The notes under the pieces are model-generated. The model saw nothing but the letters and a program-made list of their open reading frames with translations. It ran no database searches and had not been told where the DNA came from. A program made the translations under genes and the position numbers. From the NCBI RefSeq assembly GCF_009914755.1, contig NC_060941.1: a stretch of DNA of 64,000 nt; one strand, 5' to 3'. Source of the stretch: the human T2T-CHM13v2.0 reference genome, Homo sapiens. Below, piece by piece: positions 15,045 to 30,181 of the stretch. Each line of letters begins with the position of its first letter. The first letter of the stretch is position 1.

Positions 15045-16400
15045 AAGTATTTTTTCAATGAACCTTAAAGAACCTTACAACAGTGTAACTCCATTTACTC
15101 GTTCCCTGTCATTTGTGTTGTTCTGGTCATATATTTCCTATTTTCATACATTATAGACCTTATAATACAATGCTATTCTTTTTCCTTGAAGTAGTCATTA
15201 TCTTCCAAAGGAATCAAAAGAAGAAAAAAAAACATTGTTTTTGATATTTACCTACATTTTGCCATTGCTAATGTTCTTTATTCTTTCTCTTATATCTGAG
15301 TTTCCCCTGGTGCCATTTCCCTTTATCTTGAAGAACTGCCTCTAGCATTTTGTGTTGCATGTCTGCTCAGCTTTTGTTTATCTGAAAATGTCTTGATATT
15401 GCCTTCGTTTTTGATATGAAAAGAGTGTTTTTCACAGAATATTGAATTTTGAGTTGGCTGCTTTTTTTCTTTCAGTGTGTTAAAGGTGCCATTCCATTGT
15501 CTTACGATCTCCATTGTTTTTGATGGCAAGTCAGCTATCATTTGTATCATTGTTCTCTGCATGTAAAGTATTTTTCTCTCTGCTTTCACGTTTTTCTCTT
15601 TCTTTGCTTTTCAGTAGTTTGATGATGATGTGCCTAAGTACAGTTTTCTTTGTATGTATTCAGCCATGGGGTTGGCTGAGTTTCTTGAATCTGTAAGTTT
15701 ATGTCTTCATGAAATTTGGGAAAAATTAGGATGCTACCATAGCATCCATATATTTTCTCTGTCCAACTCTCTTTCTCTTTTTTCTGGGACTCTAACTAAA
15801 CATATGATAAGCCACTTGATATTGTCTCACAAATTGCTAAGACCATGTTCAATTTTATTTCAATTAACTTTTTTCTCTACAGATTGGATGATTTGATGTG
15901 TCTTCCATTTCACTCACCCTTTCTTTTGCTATCTTTAGTGAGATATTAAACCCATTAGTAAATTTTTCATTTTAGATATTTTACTCTTCAATTCTGGAAT
16001 TTTCTTTGGGCTTGCTTTTATCTTCTTTTCTCCATCTGCTCATCATTATGATCAAGTCCATATGTATTTTATTAGCTTGTTTATAAAGATTTTGTCAACT
16101 AATTCCAACATGTGGGTCATTTTGAGATCTGTTCCTATCAACTTTTTTCTTTTGCCAATAATCACATTTTTCTGTTACTTCGTATCTACCCATTTTTAAT
16201 TGTATACTGATTATTGTGGATAATACATTGTAGATAGACTTTGGATTCTGTATATTTTTCCATGATGAGTGCTGATTTTTGTTGTAATATGAAGTTAAAT
16301 TACTAGATAATCACCTTGAACTCTTAGAGGCTTGGTTTTGTATTATTAGAGCAGGTCTGTTTCAGTTTTGCCCTTCATCTGAGAGCAAATCCCTAGTCCT
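15045..16400 (-). mobile_element. Old L1M, ORF1 region
   Basis: Minus-strand peptide IADLPSKTMEIVRQWNGTFNTLKEKK...KNEGNIKTFSDKQKL resembles L1 ORF1p. Confidence 0.85.
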
Positions 16401-17205
16401 GGGACACAATCTTCACTCCTCCAGTGTAGCCCTCCTGAGACCCTAATGGAAGGCCCAAGGGCCCATGAAGCCTCTCTCAGATGGCAGAGCCACGATGGCT
16501 TTGCTCACATGTCTGGCAGTTGGTCAGGCTGTCAGCCAGGGCTCCTCAGTTAACCTCCTGTAGACTAGACCAGCTTCCTTGCATGGTGGTCTCAAGACAG
16601 TATTCCAAGAGGGTGAAGACAGAAGCTTCAAGGCATCTTAAGGCCTAACCTTGAAAATCATACAATATCCCTTGTGATGGTTAATTTTATGTGTCAACTT
16701 GACTGGGCTACAGGATGCCCAGACATTTTGACCAAACATTATTCCGGGTGTGTTTGTGAGGGTATTTTTGGATGATATCAACATTTGGATTGATAGACTG
16801 AATAAAGCAGATTGCTCTCTCCAATGTGGATGGGCTCATAAAATCAGTTGAAGGACTGAATAGAACAAAAAGTGTGACCCTCCCACAAGTAAGAGGGAAT
16901 ACCTCCTGCCTGACTACCTTTGAGCTGAGACATTGCCTTTTTCCTGTCTTCAGACTTGAACAGAAACATGACAGACTCGTCCTTCACCTCAGGCCTTTGG
17001 ATACCTGCGTCTCCAGCTTGCCAACTGTGAGTCTTGGGACTTGTCAGTCTCTGTAATTGCATAAACCAACTATATACATACACACACACACACACACACA
17101 CACATATAAATATATGTATGTATGTATGTATGTATATAGAGAATATATATAATTAATTATATTACCCAATTAATATTAATTATATATATCACATACACAC
17201 ATATA

Positions 17206-17398
17206 CAGATACTCCTTAACTTACAATGAAGCTACATCCTGATAAACTCATTGTAAGTAGAAAATATCATACCCCTATAAACCCATTGCAATGTCAAAAA
17301 ATTGAAAGTCAAGCCATCATTAAGTCCAGATGCTCCTTGACTCACAATGGGGTTATATCCCGTCATAAAGTCAAACCATCATAAATAGAATACCATCC
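17206..17398 (+). mobile_element. MER47-like (Tigger-derived) DNA transposon
   Basis: ta|cagatactccttaacttacaatg...; internal cagatgctccttgactcacaatggggttatatccc. Confidence 0.75.
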
Positions 17399-17542
17399 CT
17401 CTGTGTCTGTGTATGTCTATGTGTGTGTGTCTGTGTGTGTGTGTCCATCATAAATAAGGGAACATCAGCGTGTGTGTGTGTCTGTCTGTCATAAATAGGG
17501 GACCATCTGCGTGTGTGTGTGTCCATCATAAATAGGGGACTA

Positions 17543-17587
<45 letters not shown>
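17376..17587 (+). repeat. Composite minisatellite: [CCATCATAAATAGGGGACCATC + (TG)n] x4, ending in a long (TG)n
   Basis: Direct reading. Confidence 0.9.
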
Positions 17588-17589
<2 letters not shown>

Positions 17590-17776
17590 TCTTCTGTTGG
17601 TTCTGTTTCTCTGGAGAATCCTGACTAATGCATCCCTTCTGCCATAATCTGTTATTCACTAGTCACAAAATAGACTTTATCTCTGAATGAAAGGAGTTAA
17701 AAAGTCACATTGCAAAGGGATGTGCATACAGGGCAAACAGGATTTTGTGGCCATCAAACAATCTACCATAGCACCC

Positions 17777-18428
17777 TGATACAGTTTGGATATGTGCCCC
17801 CGCCCAAATCTCATGTTGAATTGTAATCCCCAGTATTGGAGGTGGGGCTTGGTGGAAGGTAATTGCATCACGGGAGTGGAGCAAAGATGGTCCTCTTGCT
17901 CTCTCTCTCTCTTGCTCCTGCTCTGGTCATGTGATATGCCTGCTCCCTCTTCACACTCTGGCATGATGGTAAGTTTCCTGAGGCCTCTCCAGAAGCTGAG
18001 CAGATACCAGCATCATGCTTCCTGTACAGCCTGCAGAGCCATGAACAAGCCTCTTTATAAATTACCCACTCTCAGTTCTTTCTTTCTTTCTTTGTTTCCT
18101 TTTTTTTTTTTTTTTTTTTTTGAGATGGAGTTTCACTCTGTCACCCAGGCTGGAGTGCACGGTGCGATCTCAGCTCACTGCAACCTCCGTCTCCCCAGAT
18201 TCAAGCGATTCTCCTGCCTCAGCTTCCCGAGTAGCTGGGATTACAGGCACCTGCTACTGCCCCTGGCTAATTTTTGCATTATTATTAGAGACGGGGTTTC
18301 ACAATCTTGGCCAGGCTGGTCTTGAACTCCTGACCTCATGATCCACCCGCCTCAGCCTCCCAAAGTGCTGTGATTACACTCGGCCTCTCAGGTATTTCTT
18401 TACAGCAATGCAAGAATGAATGAATACA
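17777..18428 (+). mobile_element. MaLR solo LTR (MSTA/B-like) with an Alu insertion
   Basis: TG...CA ends; TSD CACCC/TACCC. Confidence 0.88.
18077..18385 (-). mobile_element. AluS
   Basis: Alu body inside the MST LTR. Confidence 0.95.
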
Positions 18429-20624
18429 TACCCTTTATTATCCTTAAAATGAAAACATGGAAAATAGAGCTAACCTAAATGTAAATGCTTAAAAACATAA
18501 AAGCATTCACTAACCATAATATAAAAGAGGTATGGAAGGTAAATCATTTATAATAAAACAATATGTATTTCAATATGTAAATGCTTCGGCATAATCGCAC
18601 TAGAAGACATCATGAAGTAATCAGCCTCTTATATTTATATGCAGAGTGACACACACAGCGTGACACAGGAATGTTATCCTGGTGACTCATATTATGAACA
18701 TCATTATCTTCAGTAATGATCTCCAAAATGGTGAAGAGCTATTGGTAATGTTCAGAACAAAACAAAATATAAAATTCCCTTGATTTATACCACAGCTGTA
18801 TTCCTCCACTATTCAGTATGGGTTAAAAACGGTGCCAAAAAGTTCTTATGCTCTAGTTTCAGATAAGCATGAACAAGAATACACCAACAAGAATATCTGG
18901 CTGGACATTTGAAATCCAGCAGGACAAGGGATAATTTGTTGAGAACATTTCAGGAAACCAGGCACCCCACCATCTTTGGTTTAACCAAAGCCACACTCTA
19001 AAGTTTGAGTTGTTCCCTAGGGGGCCATACCACCAGTTGAGAATCATCAGATGGGGGGCTGTTATAACAGAGATATAGACCTATGTAGATATATAATGCA
19101 TGATCACTTCCCCCCAGTGCATCAGCAGAGAAAAAGCACCACCCAAGAGAACCACCAGTGAGGTTCCAGAGAGAAAAGGAAGTACAACAGAGGAGGCGCT
19201 CAGGAGAAGACTAATGAAAGAAGCAGATAGAGTTCCCAGCAGACACACGACGTGAATGGCCCAGTGTTTCTGACTCACATCAGAATAACGCAAGACTCAG
19301 TCTTATGGCCCCTCAGGGAGAGGGCAGGCCAGGCAACCCACCCTACCGAGGGCTTGCAGATCCAGTCCTTGAGGGCATGAGGATAGGAAGCTGGCAGTTC
19401 CCTGCCCAACTCCAAGATTTTGGAGCTAACTTGGGGGAAATTGCTTCTGTTGGACTTTAAAGATGAACAAATTTAGTGCCTTTGTGGAGAGATTCTGGGC
19501 CAAGGAATACCACAAGATTTAGTATTTTAAAGCTGCACCCGCCACCGCGAGTTTTACATGAGGAAGGAGGGAAGGTCACAGCTCGATGTGATGGCTGTGC
19601 ATGACGTGATCGGGTCTCCAGAGGCAAAGGGATTCAGCCGAGGGCCTGTCTGTGTGTGCATGTGGTATGTGCAGTTAGAGTGTGATCTATGGGTTGCCGA
19701 GCCATTTCTGTTAATTAAACACTTCAATATAATTTTGAGGTAAGAGCCCTTGGCCTGTATTTCAGACAGTCCCTGGAGGACTGGGGAAGTGGGAGAATAT
19801 GCCATCTGGCAAAGCACCATGAAATTGAATCACCTGGGGGAATTCAAAGAAAACTGCACTAACCATGGAGGGATAGATAGATGGACAAATCAACCCACAG
19901 GCTCTCTATTCACTTTATCAAAGATCAAGGGTAGGAGTAGGTTTCCTTTTCCCCCACCAATGGCCAACCCGCCCATCCAGCCTCCGGCCACATTGGGATC
20001 CCCCAGAAGCCACCAGGCCCTGCTCCCTGCAGCCGCAAAGCACAGACAATGGCAGCCTTCCCTCTTGTGCCCCCTGCTCACCCCGGAGCCAGGCTCCTCT
20101 GACTTCCCCTCCAAATCCAACCCTCTTATTCCTCAGATCGTGCGTACGTAGGGCCACGAAAGTGCACGTTAACTCAAGGCCAGGCATCTTTGGAAGGAAA
20201 TCAATACATAATTATGTGTTCTGTCTGCCACATGGCCCAGAGCCAGGCTGATTGGGAATTAGAGAAAGTGAAAACAGAGTGGTCAAGGCCAGCCCAGCAT
20301 CTAGATATGCCCTGTCAGGGTGGAAGAAGCGGAGGCCGAGGACCCACCACCAGGCCTCCGTGTGGATCTCACAGCCTTTTCCACTTGAAGCATCGCATCC
20401 TGGGACCAGTTCAAGCAGGCAGACTCAGGGGCACTGGCTCCTTTGCTTTTCTGATTCCTTGCTGCATCCACAGGGGGCTGGACTCTGCAGCAGCCTCCTC
20501 ACCTGCCTCCCTGTCTCCCTTCTATCCCCCTCTAATCTACCCAGCTTGAGCACCAGCAACCCAGATGATCTTCCTAAGGTGCAAATACAACCACGTCATT
20601 TGTCTGCATAAAGGCATTCTCGGG

Positions 20625-20835
20625 TAGCAGCATGGGGTTGACAGCATCTAATATGAAGTTAGAAAGACCCAGGTTTGAGTATTGCCTGAGGCACTGAAAG
20701 ACGCTGATCAAGCCATTGTATCCCTCTGTAACATGGAGGAAATAAGAGTATCAACTCTACAGAGCTGCTTGTGAGGATTCTAGAAAATGATATGGGCCAA
20801 ACCTGGCACACCGTAGGCACCATGTAAGTAATAGC
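20625..20835 (+). mobile_element. MIR
   Basis: gacccaggtttgag...gcttgtgaggatt...cctggcacaccgtaggcac. Confidence 0.7.
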
Positions 20836-20837
20836 CA

Positions 20838-20917
20838 TCATCATTATCATCATCATCAACATCATTATCATCATCATCAACATCATTATCATCATCATCA
20901 ACATCATTATCATCATC
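20838..20917 (+). repeat. (ATC)n with a 21-bp higher-order unit
   Basis: ATCATTATCATCATCATCAAC repeated ~3.7 times. Confidence 0.95.
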
Positions 20918-22625
20918 TTTTTTTTATGGCTTTCTCCCTGGAGATAATGTCTTCGTCCTCTCCAGGCCTCCTTCCACACATTTTCATTACAACACTTAGG
21001 ATTTGGAAGCTTCCGTCCTCTTTCCTCCACTTGTAGGAGGATCCAGGCTTCACAGGCAGAGGACCTGGGGGCAAGTCATGTCCCAGTGGATGAAGCCATG
21101 TTCTTCTGGGGCTTCCCTGTGATGATGGCATATGCCTGTGAGATGGAGGAGCCTCAGCTGCAGCTGGCCCACAACTCAGGCCGTGCAAAAACCTGAGCTC
21201 AGTCCGGGGTTTGCCTTTGGACCTGGACCTTTGTCTTGGGCCAGGGCCAGAGCTCATTCTGGAAATGGGGTCAGAACTCAGCCCACCCCTAGGATCAGCC
21301 CTCAGCCTATAGCCAGAATCTGGGCTCACACTGGGGCCACAGTGGAGACTCAGTTCAAGGGCAGACAGCAGAGTTTCTTGATGTGAAGTTTAAAGATTTC
21401 CATGAACATAACCCATGGCTGAAGCATTGTGGGCATCCAGCTCTCAGCATGCTGTGGCTGAAATGCATCATTCCCCTTCATGATGTGAAGGCACCTTCCT
21501 GCCCACATGCAACATGAATGTAGACATTTTTAAGAACAAAAAGACTGACGTTAGCAATTTGTCTTCTGCAAACAGCAGATCTGCCAAAACCACTCTGCCA
21601 CTTGATGCCAAAAAGACACCCGCTACAGCCATATCTTTGTGTCTTGTGATACCAGACAGGCAGAAAAAAAAGCAAAAATAAATGTCCCTTGAATATTTCC
21701 AAAGATCCAGGTTTGGGCCCTCTGTCTCTAGCACCCCTACCCTGGCCAGAAGGGGAGACCCTGGGACAGAGGACCACAGTGGGTGTTTCTCATGGCTGTG
21801 GCACAGATACTGGGAGGCAGGCACCGAGAGCAGAAGGAGTGAGTCAAGCATGGATCAGAGAGCAGAGGAGAGCAGCCCAAGGATCCAGGGGTTGGAATGG
21901 GCCTGGAGAGGAGGTGGCAGGAAGGGAGTCAGCAGCGGCGGCCAGGGCTTCTGCTTCAGTGGCAACCAGTGCCCCATGCACTTTGCCAGGGACAAGAACC
22001 AGGACAGAAGGAGCAGTGGACAGAGCCCGGAGGGAAGCTGGTCCCCTCTTCCTCCGGGCAAGGGATGTGCAGGGGCTGCATCAGCCCTCCCCACTCCATG
22101 GCTCCAGATGCCCCTTCCTCCCTCCACATCCCACATCCTCTCCTCTGTGGGGAAAGCAGCCCTGCCTAGAGGCAGCCTTCTCCACCTCTCTCTCCAAGCC
22201 TTGATTTCTCCTGCACTCTGTAGACTCGAGTCTCTATTTCACCCCCAATTCTTTTACTGAGATGGTTCCAGAAGGCAAATTCCTCCACAGCATTAAAAAA
22301 TAATTTATAGAAATAATGTTCCTTTAATAAAAGCCACATAGAGTTATACAATTTTTATAGTGCATGACCGAACAAGAAAGGTCTGAACTCTTGTATAAAA
22401 ATGAATCTGTCCCGCTCCCATGCTCAGAATGATACCACCTCCTTGGGCTAACATAATATATTGGCTTGGAAAGTTTAACTTTCAGTGTCATTGGACCGAG
22501 CTGGCCACTCATTCTGCTCCAAAGAGCTCCTCCAAAGACAAACTCTTCCAGTGTAGCTCATAAATATGAGGGCAGGAAAAACAAACTTGCTTCTGCTTCT
22601 CTCTCTCTCTCTCTCTCTCTCTGTC

Positions 22626-23014
22626 TATATATATATATTATATATATTATATATATAATATATATAATATATATAATATATATAATATATATATAATATA
22701 TATAATATATATAATATATATATTATATATATAATATATATAATATATATTATATATATAATATATATAATATATATATTATATATATTATATATATTAT
22801 ATATATATTATATATATTATATATATTATATATATAATATATATTATATATATAATATATATAATATATATAATATATATTATATATATATAATATATAT
22901 ATAATATATATATTATATATATATAATATATATATAATATATATATTATATATATATAATATATATATTATATATATATTATATATATATTATATATATA
23001 TAATATATATATAT
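22626..23014. repeat. 389-bp pure A/T (TA)n-derived repeat preceded by (CT)n
   Basis: No G or C; TATATAA and TTATATA units. Confidence 0.98.
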
Positions 23015-23218
23015 GTATAATATATGCAGTTAGTGGCTAAATTGTATTGTAATTGATTGCAAAATTGCTTTTTTAATGAGATTTAGACACGAGGAAATAG
23101 CTTTTTTTTCTCTAACATACCCAAAGTGAACTTGGTCACTTTGACAACAAATTGTCTCTGTGGCTTTTTCCTAGTCATGTATAATTTGGATATTAGTCAT
23201 GTATAAATTGGATATTAG

Positions 23219-23684
<466 letters not shown>

Positions 23685-23970
23685 CAGAGCACCACCTTCT
23701 GCAGTCCAGGATGCTCCTCCATCTCAGTCCACCTTACTATGTGCCTCTACCCTGGAGGGAAATAAGAGATCCCCTTAGAACATGTGCCAGAGGGACCCAC
23801 TCAGCTGGCAGGACCCAGTCAGAACCTCAAGCGCTTCAGAATCTAGTAAGGGAAGTCTGCATATCTTGTTGCTGAAGACACAGGTACCGTTTGTGCCCTC
23901 CTAGATCCCCTTTAAAGCCAGTGCTGTGAATATTGGATGCTAATGGCTCACAGCACCCCCTTCTCCAGAG

Positions 23971-24140
23971 CAGCCTGTTTTTGTAAATAAAGTTTTATTG
24001 GAACACAGCCACGCCCGTTCATTTAATTGTCTGTGACTGAGTTCGCAGTACAATGGCAGAGTCGAGTCATTGCAACAGAAACCATATGGCCCACAAAGCA
24101 TAACATATACACTACCTGGCCCTTAACAGAAGAAGTTTGC
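23971..24140. mobile_element. MER58A-like DNA transposon inside an LTR16-like remnant (~23885-24455)
   Basis: gcctgtttttgtaaataaagttttattggaacacagccacgccc...gaagtttgc. Confidence 0.8.
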
Positions 24141-24791
24141 TCTAGAGAATGAGCTTCTGCCAATGCACCTGCGCGTAAAAGTCATGCTGCCCACAGCCCA
24201 CTGCATGACTAACTCAGGGATCTGAAAAGCCCACCTGCTTGTCTCAAGGTGAGACCAGCTGTGCACTGTGGTTCACACTCCAGAGCGCCCCACAGGGTCA
24301 GGCTGAGGTTAGAGCCAGCTGAGAGCCCCTGTCTGCCTGGCTCCTGCCCCTGCCCTCTCTCATCATCCTTGTTTCCCTTCTTCTCTGAGGACTTCCACGA
24401 TAAATTACATGCCCCAGAACCCCCGTCCTGGGTTGTTTCTAAGGATCCTGACTTGTAAAAACTAAGTCACTAGAACTTTTTTTTCCCCACAACCTCTTGC
24501 ATAGAAACCCAGGTTTTCAAACAGATGGAACGGAGTGGTGGGGAACCCCGGTTACTCAGTGTCGCCTTCCTCTTCAGCAGCCCCTGGAACGCCTCCTCAG
24601 AATTCCAAGAGCCTCAAAACACCATTGGTAAACTGTTGCCTGGGGTGTGTGCTCTCCCACCCTGGCTGGGAAACTTCCCTGACTTCCTATTCCTAGAGAT
24701 CACTCTCTCACCCAGAACCCGAAGCATGGCCTGGCCCCCAGGCACTTGTCCCCATCTGCTGGCTCTCATGGTGGCTTGTGCCTGGCCTTCC

Positions 24792-25094
24792 TTTTTTTTT
24801 TTTTTTTTTTTTTTAAGATGGAGACTCGCTCTGTCACCCAGGCTGCAGTGCAGCCCTGCGATCCGGCTCACTGCAACCTCCGCCTCCCAGGTTCAAGCGA
24901 TTCTCCTGCCTCAGTCTCCCGAGTAACTGGGATTACAGGCATGCACCACCACGCTCAGCTAATTTTTTGTATTTTTGGTAGAGACAGGGTTTCACCGTAT
25001 TAGTCAGGATGGTCTTGATGTCCTGACCTCATGATCCACCCACCTCGGCCTCCCAAAGTGCTAGGATTACAGGCATGAGCCACCATGCCTGGCC
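24792..25094 (-). mobile_element. AluS (Sc-like)
   Basis: TSD ~TGCCTGGCCTTC. Confidence 0.96.
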
Positions 25095-26329
25095 CCTGCC
25101 TGGCCTTCTCTCTCTGCCACAATGTGAACTCCTCTGTGACCCATTCATCTTCTTCTCACCCAGAAAACTCACCATTCATTCATTCAATGTAACAGTTCTG
25201 GTTGGCACACCACAACATGCCCTATGCTTGGCACTGGGACTCCAGAGATGAATAAGTCAGGATTCCTACCCCACCGAGTTCACAGGTTGAGAGAGAGGAG
25301 GAAGAAACAGGCACGCCAATGGACAAGGAGGCCAGGCAGTCAGAAAGTCAGAAGAGCCTTTGCAGAAGAAGGAACATTTGTACTGGGCTTTGAAGGATGA
25401 GTAGGAGTTCACAGGGAGTGAAGCCAAGGAGCTCAGCACTCTCTGCTTGCATCGGGTGTTCTTCAATGCTTGTGGGGTGAATCCACAGTGAGGTGACCAT
25501 GGTGGGACCAGGCCACAGCCAGAGGGAGCCTGGCCAAGTCTGGGACTGAGTCTTCATTCCTTGCTCACCTCTCTGGGTGACTTCGGGTAAGTTCAGAGGG
25601 GCCAGGACCCAACCACAGGGCCAGATACACCTTCCCGGGAAGTGTTGCTTCATCCGAGACTTAAAGGACAAGGACACATAAAGCAAAAAAAGAGGCAGGA
25701 AATGGACATTCTAAGAGGAAAGAACAGTCGGTATCAAGTCCTGCAGGGAGGAGTGGAGAGCAAGAGTTGTGATAGTCACAAGCAACCGAGGGGATTCACA
25801 CGAGGGTGGAGCAGAGTGAGAAGGGGGATGTGGGAGAGAAGGGCGGAGTCCCTGGGTCCCTGAGCCAGAGGAGGAAGCTCCATCATCTCTGTTGGGAAGG
25901 TCTTTAAAGCGGACGTAACATGAGCAGGTGTGCATCTAGAAATGTCATTGCTCTGGTTTCTAGAAAGAGAAGAGATTTAGGGAAGCCATTGATGGCCTCC
26001 AGTGAGAACAGGCAGAAAGGTTTGCAGCAAGTCCAGACAGGAAGCAATGACAGCCGGGACAAGGTGGACAGAAATGGGCAGATCCAAGAGCAATTTGGGA
26101 GGTAAAATGGATGGGACAGGAGCTAAAATGGACAGGATGCGGTTGGATATGGCAGATGAAAAGGAAGGGGTCAGGGTGTATCTTCCTTGGGTCTCTGGAG
26201 GATCACTAGCATCGCTGACTAAGGCAGAGTCAGTGGTGCCTCCCAGGGCCTCAGTTTTCCCTTCTGTACACCGAGAGGCTGGCGCAATGCTCTCCCAGGG
26301 CCCCTCCGGCACAGGCATCCTGATGAGCA

Positions 26330-26520
26330 ATTCATCACGGTGCCAAGCACTTCAGAGGCGGAGGTCACGTAATCCTCACAGCAATCCCAGAAGTCAGATC
26401 TGTTATTATGACCATTTCGGAGGACTCGGGCTCAGAAAAATGAAGAAATTTGCCCAAGATCCCCCAGCTAGTAAGTGGGAGGCTGAAACCTGGGTCATGT
26501 GAATCCAGAGTACATGTCCT
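26330..26520 (-). mobile_element. MIR
   Basis: taatcctcacagcaatcc...ttgcccaagatcccccagctagtaagtgg. Confidence 0.7.
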
Positions 26521-27026
26521 CACCCTCCTCGCCACAGCATCCTGCGTTCTGTTCCAGATCTCAGGAGATGCTGCTGTTCACCTTTCTTGTCCCTGGGTTG
26601 CTATGTAACCCTTGTTTCTCCATCTGCCCTTATCCTTTCAAGGACTCTCCCCACAACAGTTGAGGCAAGTAAAGTTTGTATCTGCCACTTGAAGTCCCTG
26701 ACGTTCCTGTTCCAATGACCTTAGGGAATCAGCTCTGCAGAGATTCTAACGTAGACTCATCAAGAAATCTAGAAACCACCACCAGCACCAATTCAACAGT
26801 ACAGAGCACCTGCATATCTCCATACTGGCTTGTGTATCAGTTAGGGTGATACCAGTGACTGCTGAATAAGGATGCACACTTTAAGGTTTTAGTGCAGTAG
26901 AAGATTATCTCTCATTCAGCATGGGTGTTCCTAGGTGGTGGACAACTTCTCTCCACATAAAGATTCAGAGATCCAGGTTCCTTCCATACAATGTCTCCAC
27001 CATCCTCTAGGAAAGGGCTTGGTAAC

Positions 27027-27326
27027 TTTTTTTTTTTTTTTTTTTTGAGATGGATTCTCGCTCTGTTGCCCAGACTGGAATACAGTGGCGTGATCTCAGC
27101 TCGCTGCAAGCTCCGCCTCCGGGGTTCACACCATTCTCCTGCCTCAGCCTCCGGAGTAGCTGGGATTATAGGCGCCCGCCACCACGCCCGGCTAATTTTT
27201 TGTATTTTTACTAGAGACAGGGTTTCACCATGTTAGCCAGGATGGTCTCTATCTCCTGACCTCATGATCCACCCGCCTTGGCCTCCCAAAGTGCTAGGAT
27301 TACAGGCGTGAGCCACCGTGCCCAGA
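27027..27326 (-). mobile_element. AluY
   Basis: gcaagctcc / caccattctcc. Confidence 0.96.
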
Positions 27327-27327
27327 C

Positions 27328-27900
<573 letters not shown>

Positions 27901-28314
27901 GCCAACTGGCAAAGGAGATCAGGAGGGGGTGGAAGACACCCACTTAAACTCCTTCACCCAGAGTGTCACACAGCACTTCCACATATGTTTGCATGTTGCT
28001 ATCTAGATGAGAAGCGTAGTCTCTGACTGGGCATCACTTTCTAGCAGCAGACCTACGCTGTGGGCGGACAACGTGGATCTTTGGGGATCAGATGGCCAGC
28101 TACCTCTGGGAATTTAGGTCCAACTAACACCTAGTGAGCGTCTCCTGTGTGTGGCAGCTTCTGTGCTCTTTCTGGGCACACAGGGGTTCAAAAGATGCTC
28201 CAGCCCTAGGGGGATCAGAGTCTAGTTTAAATTGAAAAAGAGAAAGATCTTATTCCTAAGATTTCAGCTCTTTTTCTGAGGCTTTTACCTTTCAAACAAG
28301 TACCCAAAAATACC

Positions 28315-28609
28315 AGGCTGATTACAGGTGGCTCATATCTATAATCAGGTGTAGGAGGATCACTTGAGGCCAGGAGTTGACGACCAGTCTGGGCAATGCA
28401 GCAAGACCTCACCCCTACCCCTGTCACCATACAAAAAAATTAAAAATTAGCCGAGCATGATGGCATGTAACTGTAGTCCCAGCTACTTGGGAGGCTGAGG
28501 TGGGAGGATCTCCTGAGTCCAATAGTTTGAGGCTGCAGTAAGCTATGATTGGGCCACTTGTACTCCAGCCTCAGTGACAGAGCAAGACCCCATCTCTTAA
28601 AAAAAAAAG
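28315..28609 (+). mobile_element. AluJ
   Basis: ggaggatcacttgaggcc, gaggctgcagtaagctatgat. Confidence 0.9.
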
Positions 28610-28987
28610 AAGAGGCAGAGAACTGGTAGAGACTTCTTCACAGGGCAGGGGCCATTCTGTTTTATATACCATTGAATCCTAGAGCTCAGTATAGGGCCAG
28701 GCATACAGAGGGGTCCTGGTATTTGCTGAATGAATGAATGAATGAAATTGTGACTCATCTACAAAGCTAGAACCTTGGGGGTTAGTGCAGGACACTTTCC
28801 ATAGTTGTTGGGTTTAGAATCTAAACCAGGGAATCTGTCTTAGATCTGTGCAATGTCAAAATATCAAAGGAGGATCATTTGTATCTAAACAGAAGAGCAA
28901 AAACTTAGATTCATCATGTAGACATTTGGTCTGTAAGAGGAATTCTGGTCCAGAAGACCTAACTCTAAGGATCTGTGACAGTAATAG

Positions 28988-29327
<340 letters not shown>

Positions 29328-29625
29328 TTAATACTATACAATTCTTTGCAGCTTCTAAGGTGAACCTATACCCATGTGCTGATGTGAAACCTCATGCACG
29401 ACCTTAGGTGGACAAGATAAGCTCCACTCTTCCCCTTTTACAGAAGAGAATACTGAAGCCCTGAGAGATGCAGTGGATCCCTCAAGGAAACTCAACTAGA
29501 AGGTCCTTGAACCAGGCCTAGAGGCCACGACTGATCTTGAATCAAGGAGGTCCTTTCCCTTCTCCTCGCCTGTAGCTCTGGCTTGAGAACAAAGTAGCCA
29601 CTAAGTATGGGTTTCTAGAATGTAG

Positions 29626-30181
<556 letters not shown>

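Larger units (their letters stand above)
16673..17632 (+). mobile_element. ERVL solo LTR (MLT2D-like) containing microsatellites and a MER47
   Basis: tgtgatggttaattttatgtgtcaacttgactgg...ctgactaatgca; 5-bp TSD TCCCT (16668-16672 / 17633-17637). Confidence 0.9.
16485..17770 (-). mobile_element. Old MaLR LTR (MLT1J-like) hosting the MLT2D
   Basis: ctcacatgtctggcagttgg...; aaagtcacattgcaaagggatgtg...caatctaccata. Confidence 0.55.

Noticed and set aside
21682-22260. 150-190-aa ORFs in GC-rich unique DNA (also 26002, 51023, 51493, 59792)
   Set aside because: No recognisable domain, overlapping ORFs in several frames, and lengths expected by chance at this GC content.
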